The notes beneath the pieces were generated by a model. It was not told the origin of the DNA. It did no database searches and saw only the letters and a list, made by a program, of their open reading frames with translations. Of a stretch of 46,235 nucleotides of DNA, positions 34,314 through 42,879 are shown piece after piece. The stretch's first letter is position 1, and each line of letters begins with the position of its first letter. Made by a program: the position numbers and the translations under genes. This DNA comes from Hyphomicrobiales bacterium (GTDB taxonomy: Bacteria; Pseudomonadota; Alphaproteobacteria; Rhizobiales; JAJFHB01): NCBI GenBank assembly GCA_021775625.1, contig JAJFHM010000086.1, positions 1-46,235 of the forward strand. The letters are read 5' to 3'.

Positions 34314-35078
34314 TTATCCGTTCTCGCCAATGGCCGGGTCATCGAGCGCTCCCGCCAGCACTTCCGCCACATGGCGCACTTCGACGGGCGAGCCCTCGCG
34401 CTTCAGCTTGCCCGCCATGTTCATCAGACAGCCAAGATCGCCTGCGAGCAAAAGCCCGGCGCTGGTTTCGCCCGCGTGGCCCACCTTGCTGCTCACCATA
34501 GTGTTTGAAATGTCTGGGTACTTGACGCAGAAGGTGCCGCCGAAACCGCAGCAAACCTCGCTTTCCTCCATCTCCTCCAAGGTCAGGCCCGACACGGTCG
34601 CAAGCAGCTTGCGCGGCTGCTCCTTGATGCCCAGCTCCCGCAGGCCCGAGCACGAATCGTGATACGTCACCGTACCGTCAAAGGCCGCATCGACACCTTC
34701 GACACCCATGATATCCACCAGAAATGAAATCAGTTCATGGGTCTTGGCGGACAGAGCCTCCGCGCTTGCCTTAAGCGCGCTGCCGTCTTCAAACAGTTCC
34801 GGATAGTGCTTTTTCAACATGCCGGCACAGGAGCCCGACGGTGCGACCACATAGTCGAACGGCTCGAATGCCTTAATTGTCTTTTCCGCTATGGCCCGTG
34901 TATCGGCACGGTCACCGGTATTATAGGCCGGTTGACCGCAGCAGGTCTGCCCGCGCGGCACGTCCACCTCGCAGCCTGCATCGCGCAGCAATTTCACCGC
35001 AGCCCACCCAACGCCCGGGCGGAACACATCCACAAGGCAGGTGACAAACAGCCCGACTTTCGGCACCGTCTCAGGCAT
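34314..35078 (-). CDS. lutA: lactate utilization protein A ((Fe-S)-binding CCG-domain oxidoreductase, YkgE-like)
   Basis: It starts (VGLFVTCLVD) and has two CCG-type motifs (QTCCGQPAYN, EVCCGFGGTF). Confidence 0.92.
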   Translation of the reverse strand: MPETVPKVGLFVTCLVDVFRPGVGWAAVKLLRDAGCEVDVPRGQTCCGQPAYNTGDRADTRAIAEKTIKAFEPFDYVVAPSGSCAGMLKKHYPELFEDGSALKASAEALSAKTHELISFLVDIMGVEGVDAAFDGTVTYHDSCSGLRELGIKEQPRKLLATVSGLTLEEMEESEVCCGFGGTFCVKYPDISNTMVSSKVGHAGETSAGLLLAGDLGCLMNMAGKLKREGSPVEVRHVAEVLAGALDDPAIGENG

Positions 35079-35222
35079 AAAGTTCTCCTCAATACGGTTG
35101 GACCACGTTCTAGCCCGGCAATCGGACTTGTGCCAACAATCATGCGAAGTATTTTCGCCATCGCGTCAAATAATGCCGCGGCGTCGGGAGCGCTCTCTCG
35201 AAGGATGAGCGTCCGGTTGGGT

Positions 35223-36347
35223 CTACCCGATCCACTCCACCTCATGCGCCTCTGTCAGGTCCGGGACTTCCCAGCGCTCCAGCATGCGGGCGAGGGCTTT
35301 GCCGGGCACCGGATCTTTGCGCCGGGCGTTGCGGGCGTCCAGCACATCCGGCGCAGCCTCCAGATAAATGATCCGGACGCGGGCGTTGTAATCGGCAAAG
35401 AGGCCGGTGCAGTTCTGCCGCAGCTGGCGCGACAGGTTGGTCGCGTTCCAGACGAAGTCGTCGCCGGCGCGCAGGTGTTTGCGGGCGCGCTCGCGCGCTT
35501 CCTGAATCACTTTGCCTTGTGGTTTATCGGGCGCCACTCCCAGGTCTGCGCGAATGGCGTCGAGGGAAACCACCGGCGCGCCGGCCATATGTTCGGCGAT
35601 CCAGGTGTCCTTGCCGGCAGCCGGAAGGCCGGACATGAGTGTTACGGTCAGTTCGCTATCGTCATAGGCCTCGTACGCCGGGTCGCGGCCTTTGCGCCTG
35701 AAATATTCGAACCGGCTGTGCGCGTTGGCGAAATCCATGGGCGATGCGAGGCACCCGGCGTCCCGGGCGAATTCGCGAAACAGTTCCACATTGTCCAGCA
35801 GCCGCTGCAGATCCGGCGCAATGCGGCCGTTGGCATCGGCGCGCGCCTGCAGGGCGAGCCAGTCACAGCGGGTTGCAAGACTGATGCGTGCTGCAAGGCG
35901 CACAGGATCATCCCGCTCAAGCAGGAAAAACGGGATCAGGTGATGGGCGATGCGCACGGCGATCTGTTCGCGTTCGGCAACGCTCAGGCCGAGGCGCCAC
36001 AACAGCTGCCGCGCCATGATCTCACCGCGTTTGGAATGCCCGCGCGATGAAAGCCGGCCATCCACCATTCTTGTGGTCGCGGGCTTGCCGATGTCGTGCA
36101 GCACCGCTGTCCAGAAGGCGGAGCGCCGCTGGTGGGGAGGCAGTGCCTGCCATTCGGCATCTGACGTCAGCGCCTCGCACACCATTTTGGTATGCACCCA
36201 CACATCCCCTTCACCGTGATGGGTCGGATCCTGCGGGCAGCCCTGCAGGGCTGCCACTTCGGGCACTGCCTCTGTGATGGCCTGCCAGTCGAGCGACCAT
36301 GCCGGCGGCGCAGGGATCAGTGCGTCGAGAAGGCGATCATGAGACAT
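35223..36347 (-). CDS. HD-domain 2',3'-phosphoesterase fused to a P-loop polynucleotide-kinase-like domain (HD-Pnk-like nucleic-acid end-healing enzyme)
   Basis: The N-terminal Cca-type HD domain is (THHGEGDVWVHT ... LHDIGKP). The C-terminal Walker A is (LMSGLPAAGKDTW), with kinase-like (DDFVWNATNL ... RVRIIYLE). ATG 36347 (MSHDRLL) is preferred, because the upstream 112 codons of the ORF have no protein-like features. Confidence 0.75.
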   Translation of the reverse strand: MSHDRLLDALIPAPPAWSLDWQAITEAVPEVAALQGCPQDPTHHGEGDVWVHTKMVCEALTSDAEWQALPPHQRRSAFWTAVLHDIGKPATTRMVDGRLSSRGHSKRGEIMARQLLWRLGLSVAEREQIAVRIAHHLIPFFLLERDDPVRLAARISLATRCDWLALQARADANGRIAPDLQRLLDNVELFREFARDAGCLASPMDFANAHSRFEYFRRKGRDPAYEAYDDSELTVTLMSGLPAAGKDTWIAEHMAGAPVVSLDAIRADLGVAPDKPQGKVIQEARERARKHLRAGDDFVWNATNLSRQLRQNCTGLFADYNARVRIIYLEAAPDVLDARNARRKDPVPGKALARMLERWEVPDLTEAHEVEWIG

Positions 36348-36434
36348 AGTGCATTCTCTTTTGCCCGGAACAGGACATGGACGCAATTTGCAGTGTAGGC
36401 TGGCAACAAAAAATGCGGAGATCAAGAGGTGCAA

Positions 36435-36995
36435 ATGGCCGTTCTGCAGACTCAAGGCGTTCACCATATCACGCTCAACGGCGCCGACCGCCAGACGTCT
36501 ATCGACTTCTGGGAAGGTGTTCTGGGCATGCCCTTCGTCTTCGAACAGCCCAACCTCGATGCACCGGAGATCAACCATCTTTATTTCGATCCCGGTGACG
36601 GGCGCCTCATCACAATCTTCGCCAGCGAAGACTGGGAGCCGGACAACACCGCCAATCCGAACGGCATCGGCAACCTGCATCATCTGGCGTTCATGGTGTC
36701 GCGCGCCACATACACCCAGGCCGCAGCCAGGCTGAAGCAGGCCGGTTACGCGAGCTCAGGCGAGGTTGACCGTGGTTTCATGGATTCGATCTATTTCCGC
36801 GACCCGCTTGGCCAGTTGATGGAACTTGCCTGTTACAAGTTCGAGCCGCCGGCCGGCCACACCCATACGGACGTGCTGCATCAGGCACACCACATCCGCG
36901 TCGCGGCAGGTGCGGCAAACATCGTCGACGAACATCTGGCAGATGCAATTGAGTTTCTGGTGCAAAAAGGAAGCGGTACACTCTCCGATACGTAG
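36435..36995 (+). CDS. VOC family protein (glyoxalase / ring-cleaving dioxygenase fold)
   Basis: VHHITLNGADRQTSIDFWEGVLGMPFV ... LHHLAFMV ... SIYFRDPLGQLMEL is the VOC pattern. ATG 36435 lies 6 nt after AAGAGG. An alternative GTG lies at 36429. Confidence 0.85.
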   Translation: MAVLQTQGVHHITLNGADRQTSIDFWEGVLGMPFVFEQPNLDAPEINHLYFDPGDGRLITIFASEDWEPDNTANPNGIGNLHHLAFMVSRATYTQAAARLKQAGYASSGEVDRGFMDSIYFRDPLGQLMELACYKFEPPAGHTHTDVLHQAHHIRVAAGAANIVDEHLADAIEFLVQKGSGTLSDT

Positions 36996-37125
36996 TGCGT
37001 GTGGCTGTCATTGCGAAAGCTGCTCGACGACCTGCGCAAGCCACGGCCAGTTGGCGGCTGCGGCATCATTTGTGATCAGATAGGCGGTTTGCCGGGAACC
37101 CGCCGAGCTGAGGGGAGGAACGAAT

Positions 37126-38814
37126 ATGAAGAAGCTTTCAGGCGGTCAGGCCGCAATCGCGTCGCTCCAGGCGGAGAAGGTCGGCCATGTGTTCGGCCTC
37201 ATCGGATCGGCCACCATGGAAATGTTCGATGCGCTCTATGACGCCACCGACATCAACTTTATCGGCGTCCATGACGAGCGCACCGGCACCCATATGGCGG
37301 ACGGCTACGCCCGCGCCACCGGCAATGCCGGGGTGATCATTGCCGGGCAGAACGGCCCCGGCGCGACCAACCTGGTGACCGGCCTGGGTCAGGCGGCGGC
37401 CGCCTATTCGCCGGTTGTGTCGATTGCAGGCGCCTTGTCCACCGCCCATGTCTATCGCGACGCGTTTCAGGAGGTCGATCAGCAGGCCCTGTTTCAACCT
37501 GTCACCAAGAAAACCTGGACCGTCACGCAGACCGAACGGGTGCCGGAAATGTTTCGTGAAGCCTTCCGGGTGGCGATGACGCCGCGCCGTGGACCTGTTC
37601 AGATCAATCTGCCGCGTGATGTGCTGTCCGCGCAGGCGGAGTTCCCGGAATTCCAAAAACCTGAAAACTACCGCTCGCAAACAGTTCCGGCGGGTGCTGC
37701 GGACGCCATCAACCAGGCGGCCGCATTGCTGCGAGGTGCCGAGCGCCCGGTCATTGTCGCGGGCGGAGGTATCAAGAACACCGGTGGACACGAGGCGGCT
37801 CTGGCCCTGGCTGAAGCGCTGAATGCGCCGATCATCACCGCTCCGGGTCATGGCGATGCCATCCCCTTCGGCCACCCCCTCAACGCCGGTCAGATGGGCC
37901 CGCGCGGCAACGTTGTTGCCTCGCGTCTCGCCAAGGAGGCCGACGTCATCCTGGCGCTCGGCACCCGTCTCGGCTTCAACTCAACTTTCTACACTTACGA
38001 TAACATCAACAAGGATGCAGCGATCATCCAGGTCGAGCTGGAACCCACCGCCATCGGCCGGTTTTTCCCTGTGGCAATTGGGATCTGGGCGGATGCGCCA
38101 ACTGCCGCACAGCAGTTGCGCGATGCGGTCGGCAAAATGGACAACCGTGCACAGGTTGACGCCTGGACCGAAAGCTACACGTTAGAGCGCACAGCCTACC
38201 TCGAGAAGCGAGACGCCGATGCGGCAACCGACGTGCATCCGATCCAGCCCTCCGGTCTGTTCAAGGAATTGCGCGACGTTCTGCCCAAGGATGCCGCGAT
38301 AACGATGGATGCGGGCACGCTGTGCCTGCAGGCAACCGATGCGCTCAATTACTGGCAACCGCCGTGTCTGTTCACGCCGCTTGATTTCGGCCTTGTTGGT
38401 TTCTCGTTTGCCTGCGGTCTTGGGGTCAAGCTCGGGCGGCCCGACCGCACCGTGGTCAGCCTCATGGGTGACGGTGGCTTCGGCATGACCATTTCGGAAC
38501 TGAGCACAGCGGTCGATCATGGCATCAACACCGTGACCGTGGTCATGAACAACCAGTGCTGGGGGGCGGAGAAAGCCTATCAGCGCGACTTCTTCGGCGA
38601 GCGTTATATCGGCGCCGATGTCTCAAGCCCGCCGTTCGACAAGGCAGCGGAACTCTACGGCGCCGCAGGTTTCCGGGTTGAGCGGATTTCGGAAGTCGGC
38701 GAGGCGGTGAGCGCTGCCATCGCGTGCGGCAAGCCCGCGGTCGTGGACGTCGCCGTCGACCCGGCGGCGCTCTACAGCTTCCGCCGTGATTCCTTCACCC
38801 ACCGAGCCAAGTGA
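37126..38814 (+). CDS. thiamine diphosphate-dependent enzyme (acetolactate synthase large subunit-like)
   Basis: ThDP N-terminal domain (HDERTGTHMADGYARATG ... GPGATNLVTG) and the ThDP-binding motif (GDGGFGMTISELSTAV ... VVMNN). Confidence 0.9.
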   Translation: MKKLSGGQAAIASLQAEKVGHVFGLIGSATMEMFDALYDATDINFIGVHDERTGTHMADGYARATGNAGVIIAGQNGPGATNLVTGLGQAAAAYSPVVSIAGALSTAHVYRDAFQEVDQQALFQPVTKKTWTVTQTERVPEMFREAFRVAMTPRRGPVQINLPRDVLSAQAEFPEFQKPENYRSQTVPAGAADAINQAAALLRGAERPVIVAGGGIKNTGGHEAALALAEALNAPIITAPGHGDAIPFGHPLNAGQMGPRGNVVASRLAKEADVILALGTRLGFNSTFYTYDNINKDAAIIQVELEPTAIGRFFPVAIGIWADAPTAAQQLRDAVGKMDNRAQVDAWTESYTLERTAYLEKRDADAATDVHPIQPSGLFKELRDVLPKDAAITMDAGTLCLQATDALNYWQPPCLFTPLDFGLVGFSFACGLGVKLGRPDRTVVSLMGDGGFGMTISELSTAVDHGINTVTVVMNNQCWGAEKAYQRDFFGERYIGADVSSPPFDKAAELYGAAGFRVERISEVGEAVSAAIACGKPAVVDVAVDPAALYSFRRDSFTHRAK

Positions 38815-38821
38815 ACCCGCC

Positions 38822-39193
38822 ATGAGCCAGGACAAGAAAACCTATCCCAACACCAAGGATCATCAGGACAAGGGAGACTGGAACCCGGTCTGGAGCCAGC
38901 TCGAGGAAATCGACCCAGACTTTCTCGAGGCCTATCTGGCGTTCCGCAGCGTGCCCCATCGCGAAGGCCCTTTGCCGCAGAAATACAAGGAACTGATCAT
39001 GATCGCGATCAATGCCGCCACCACCCATCTCTATGGGCCGGGCGTGCGCCGTCACATGCAAAACGCCCTGAGGGCCGGGGCAACGAAGGAAGAGATCCTG
39101 GAAACCATCCAGCTCACCACGGTCATGGGCATCCACTCGATCAACCTGGCGCTGCCGATCCTTATGGAAGAGATCGAAAAGGCTGAGGCCTGA
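38822..39193 (+). CDS. carboxymuconolactone decarboxylase (AhpD-like) family protein
   Basis: LPQKYKELIMIAINAATTHLYGPGVRRHMQNALRAGATKEEILETIQL is the CMD-family core. It starts 8 nt after the ThDP-enzyme stop. A 9-bp hairpin (39189-39210) spans its stop codon. Confidence 0.85.
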   Translation: MSQDKKTYPNTKDHQDKGDWNPVWSQLEEIDPDFLEAYLAFRSVPHREGPLPQKYKELIMIAINAATTHLYGPGVRRHMQNALRAGATKEEILETIQLTTVMGIHSINLALPILMEEIEKAEA

Positions 39194-39210
39194 GAGGTTA
39201 CCCTCTCAGG

Positions 39211-39483
39211 CCCTAGAGCCCTATTCATGAATATTGAACCGTTTGATGGCGTCAAACCGGCCCTTTCGGGTAGGCGCGGCGCGAACTGCGATGTGGTACA
39301 TCGGGCAAGCGCCGCAACGCCCCCGAAGGGCCGGTTTGGCCCACCGGAGGCCGGATTTTCGCGCCTTCTGGACTGCGTTACAGCCCCCTTGTGGACAGCA
39401 AGTCCACGGCGGAACCTGTGCCTTGCCAGCAGACGCGAAAAACCGGTCAAACTGATTCAATATTCACGAATAGGGCTCTAGGG
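39211..39483. mobile_element. MITE-like inverted-repeat element, copy B, with a 5-bp TCAGG target-site duplication
   Basis: About 36-nt terminal inverted repeats: CCCTAGAGCCCTATTCATGAATATTGAACCGTTTGA (39211-46) versus TCAAACTGATTCAATATTCACGAATAGGGCTCTAGGG (39447-83). TCAGG occurs immediately outside both ends (39206-10 and 39484-88). The core 39290-39320 is homologous to copy A in the opposite orientation. Confidence 0.75.
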
Positions 39484-39658
39484 TCAGGACCCATTAATTT
39501 CATCCATCCGGCGCGCCCGAAGGGTTCGGCGGGGAGGGCCCGCCTTCTGGCAAATAATGCTCGATAAGGCGAAAAGCCGGATCTTGCGCTTGTCTACCAG
39601 CACTCGAACCCTCCCTGCCGAACAGAATTGTATGAAATTGATGAGTCCTGACTCTAGC

Positions 39659-40027
39659 TCAGGCGTAAGACGCTTGCGGTTCCGGTTTGTGCAGACTGAC
39701 AACAAACAGCACCGCCGCTCCATTTGCCCAGTAGTACCAGGCATCGATGCCGGTAAGGCTCAGGATGCTGGGCGCAAGGACGAAGAGAACGCCAACGGCG
39801 AGATCTACCGCGACGTGCAACGAATAGGGGAGAACCCGAAAGACGCCAAGTTCGTGATCAGTCAGGAGTGTCAGGGCGAACGCCGCGACACCGGTGCCGA
39901 CTGCAAGCCAAAGCGCCAGCGGATTGGAGCTGCCAAGCTGCAGCACAAAGGGCAGGACGATGAGGCTGAGAGCGACCGGGTAGTCGAGAAATGCATGCAT
40001 TTTGCGGGTAACAAATCGGGGGTCCAT
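39659..40027 (-). CDS. small four-TM membrane protein, function unknown
   Basis: 122 aa with four clear hydrophobic helices (YPVALSLIVLPFVLQL, LALWLAVGTGVAAFALTLL, LHVAVDLAVGVLFVLAP, WYYWANGAAVLFVVSL). Confidence 0.6.
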   Translation of the reverse strand: MDPRFVTRKMHAFLDYPVALSLIVLPFVLQLGSSNPLALWLAVGTGVAAFALTLLTDHELGVFRVLPYSLHVAVDLAVGVLFVLAPSILSLTGIDAWYYWANGAAVLFVVSLHKPEPQASYA

Positions 40028-40323
40028 GAGTACGGTTCCTCTTCAAGACAATTGGGGTTGGCTATTGGCGGGGCATGTTGCGTCCGCCGGTCTCTGATAT
40101 GGATCCGCGTTGCCGTTCGATCTATGCCGGTTAGTCCGGATTTCTTGATCAATCGTCCGGAGTTTTGCAAAATTTACGGCGTAGCATGGTGATCACGAGA
40201 TTTGATGGTCAAAGGTGCGCGCCTTTGAGCGGTTGGGCCGATAAAGTGTATCCGGGCTCAACATCCGGCGCGCATTGCCTATATTGAGTGCGTCTGCGTT
40301 CGCTCGGCCTTGATAGGAGGCAA

Positions 40324-41268
40324 ATGTCCCAGGATCAGCCCCATGTTCTGATAGTCGACGATGAAGCCGACATCCGCTCGACATTGCAGGACTATCTTGA
40401 AGCCAACGGCATCACCACAAGTGGAGCTGCGAACGGCACCGCGTGCCGGCAGGCTTTGGAGGCAAGCGAATTCGATCTTGTCTTGCTCGACCTCAAGATG
40501 CCCGGCGAAGACGGTCTCAGCCTGTGCCGCCATATTCGCGCTAACTCCAATTGCGCCGTCATCATGATCACCGGCGTCAGCGAGGCAATGGACCGGGTTG
40601 TCGGTCTGGAAGTGGGTGCGGATGATTATATTTCCAAGCCCTTCGACCTGCGTGAAGTGCTGGCCCGCGTGCGCTCGGTTCTGCGCCGTTCCGGATCGCA
40701 ATCGGCCGCCGATGATCCGGCAGCCAAAGGCAACGGGCTGACCGCGAAATTGAGCGGCCGCGGCCGCGTCTTGTTGAGCGTCCTGTTCACCGACATCGTT
40801 GGCTCGACGTCGCTTGCAAAGACCATGGGCGACAAGGCCTGGACAAGTCTGTTGAAACAGCATGATGAGCACATTCGAGCCGCCGTCGAGGAATATGGCG
40901 GCATAGAGGTCAAGGCTATGGGCGACGGTTTCGTGACCGCGTTCAATATGCCGGGGGACGCGGTGGCCTGTGCCCAATCGGCACGCGGACGCATCCTGGA
41001 TCTGGGGCTCCAACTGCGCGCCGGCATTCACACAGGCGAATGTGAACTGCATGGCGACGATCTGGCCGGAATCGCCCTGCACGTCGCCGCCCGCATCATG
41101 GATAAAGCGAAAGGCGGGGACATTCTGGTATCACGAACAGTGACCGACCTCATGCTCGGCACCGACGTTACCTTCTCAGAGCGAGGACGGTTCAAGCTGA
41201 GAGGCTTGGACAAGGAGTGGCGCCTATTCGCGGTCTCGGACGACGGTCATGCGGCAAGCAACGGATAG
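40324..41268 (+). CDS. response-regulator receiver domain fused to a class III adenylate/guanylate cyclase catalytic domain
   Basis: Canonical REC domain (VLIVDDEADIR ... DLVLLDLKMPGEDG ... VIMITG ... DDYISKPF). CHD motifs follow (VLFTDIVGSTSLA, EVKAMGDGFVTAF, LRAGIHTGECE, ALHVAARI). ATG 40324 follows TAGGAGG. Confidence 0.88.
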   Translation: MSQDQPHVLIVDDEADIRSTLQDYLEANGITTSGAANGTACRQALEASEFDLVLLDLKMPGEDGLSLCRHIRANSNCAVIMITGVSEAMDRVVGLEVGADDYISKPFDLREVLARVRSVLRRSGSQSAADDPAAKGNGLTAKLSGRGRVLLSVLFTDIVGSTSLAKTMGDKAWTSLLKQHDEHIRAAVEEYGGIEVKAMGDGFVTAFNMPGDAVACAQSARGRILDLGLQLRAGIHTGECELHGDDLAGIALHVAARIMDKAKGGDILVSRTVTDLMLGTDVTFSERGRFKLRGLDKEWRLFAVSDDGHAASNG

Positions 41269-41360
41269 TCAACAGGCCCTGGACCGCGTGCATTTGTTCG
41301 AAGCGTCTGATAGACTTCATTCGCAGGAAACCGGGATTTCTATGCAATTGAGGCACTCCC

Positions 41361-42842
41361 ATGGCCAGATTGTTCACTGCACTTGCTGTAGCGCTGCTCT
41401 TAACGTTCGCGCCGATTGTCGACGCCAACAGTAGCGAACCTGCCATACCCACTGCTGAACAGGCGGTAAAACCGGCCGATGAGGCGAAGGACCCGAGCCG
41501 CGTTGCGCTCGTCATCGGCAACGGCTCGTATGAGCACACCAGCAGTCTGAAGAACCCGCCCAATGATGCCCGAGCCATCACCACCATGCTGTTTGGATTG
41601 GGATTCGACGTCATCGAAGGGTTCGACCTGAACAAGGCGCAGCTCGAAAGCAAGGTCAGGGAGTTCTCCAAGAAGCTGGCAGGCTCTAAAGTTGGCCTTC
41701 TCTACTATGCCGGTCACGGTCTGCAGGTCGACGGTGTGAATTATCTTGTTCCGGTGGATGCGAATGTGGATGCCGAGGACGATCTCGATTTTGAGCTGAT
41801 GCCGTTGCGCCAGTTGATCAAGCGCATGGAACGCAAGTCCAAAGTTAATCTGGTTTTTCTCGACGCCTGCAGGAACAACCCGATCACCCGCAGTCTTGCG
41901 GCAAACATGGGGACGCGGTCGACTGCGGTTGGACGTGGTCTTGCGCGGGTCAACGCGGGCGTCGGAACGCTCGTCTCCTTTGCCACCCAGCCCGGCAATG
42001 TCGCTTTGGACGGCGAGGGGCGGAACAGCCCCTTTACCGAGGCGATCATCAAGCATCTGCCGACCCCCGACCTCGACGTGGTTTTGATGATGCGCCGCGT
42101 CAGGCGAGATGTGCTTGCGGCAACAGACGGCAAGCAGGTGCCGTGGACCAATTCTTCCCTCACGGATGGCTTTTACTTTACGCCTGGCACAGCGTCTACG
42201 GAGACCGGCAGCGACGAAGAGATCGCCCCTTCGTCAAAGTTTCTGGAAATCAGCACTGCATATCGTAGCGTACAGGAGGTCGGGACCTGCAAAGCGTATG
42301 AGGTGTTCGAAACTGCCTACCCGGACTCCATGTTTGCCGAGCTTTCCAATGAGTGGCGAAACAAGAACTGCGGGCCGACGGATCCGCGTGAACTGGCCTT
42401 GAGCCTGCAAAGCGAACTGACCCGTGTCGGGTGCAGTCCCGGTGCGATCGATGGTGCCTGGGGCGGTAAGAGCAGGGCGGCGCTCGCCGAGTTCGGTAAG
42501 CATGCCAAGCTCGACATTAAGTCATTTGAGCCATCTCAGGAGGCCCTAACCGCAGTTAAATCACACCAATCCTCCGTGTGTCCGGAAAGGGTGGCGCCAC
42601 CGGTTCAGGTCAAGGCCAACCCGCAGGTGAAGCAGACGAAATCCGGCACGACCGCACCAAGCACCACCACATCGAGAACCACATCCAAGCGGACCGGGCG
42701 GCAGAAGGTCGCGGGTCAAGCGGAGCGCGAAAAAATCCAAACTGCGTGCATGCTTGGAAGCCTCGCCGCATGCCAGCTTGGGTGCAGAAAAGGCTCTTCG
42801 CTGGCGTGCAAGAAAGTGAAATTGTTACGCCGGGGCGGATGA
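41361..42842 (+). CDS. exported caspase-family (peptidase C14) protein with a C-terminal peptidoglycan-binding-like domain and a Cys-rich basic tail
   Basis: Signal peptide (MARLFTALAVALLLTFAPIVDA). Caspase His/Cys dyad context (LLYYAGHGLQVDGVNYL and VFLDACRNNP). PG_binding_1-like segment (LQSELTRVGCSPGAIDGAWGGKSRAALAEFGK). Confidence 0.85.
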   Translation: MARLFTALAVALLLTFAPIVDANSSEPAIPTAEQAVKPADEAKDPSRVALVIGNGSYEHTSSLKNPPNDARAITTMLFGLGFDVIEGFDLNKAQLESKVREFSKKLAGSKVGLLYYAGHGLQVDGVNYLVPVDANVDAEDDLDFELMPLRQLIKRMERKSKVNLVFLDACRNNPITRSLAANMGTRSTAVGRGLARVNAGVGTLVSFATQPGNVALDGEGRNSPFTEAIIKHLPTPDLDVVLMMRRVRRDVLAATDGKQVPWTNSSLTDGFYFTPGTASTETGSDEEIAPSSKFLEISTAYRSVQEVGTCKAYEVFETAYPDSMFAELSNEWRNKNCGPTDPRELALSLQSELTRVGCSPGAIDGAWGGKSRAALAEFGKHAKLDIKSFEPSQEALTAVKSHQSSVCPERVAPPVQVKANPQVKQTKSGTTAPSTTTSRTTSKRTGRQKVAGQAEREKIQTACMLGSLAACQLGCRKGSSLACKKVKLLRRGG

Positions 42843-42879
42843 CTGCGAGAGCGGGGGGCAGGCCCGCCGGGTTGACCGG

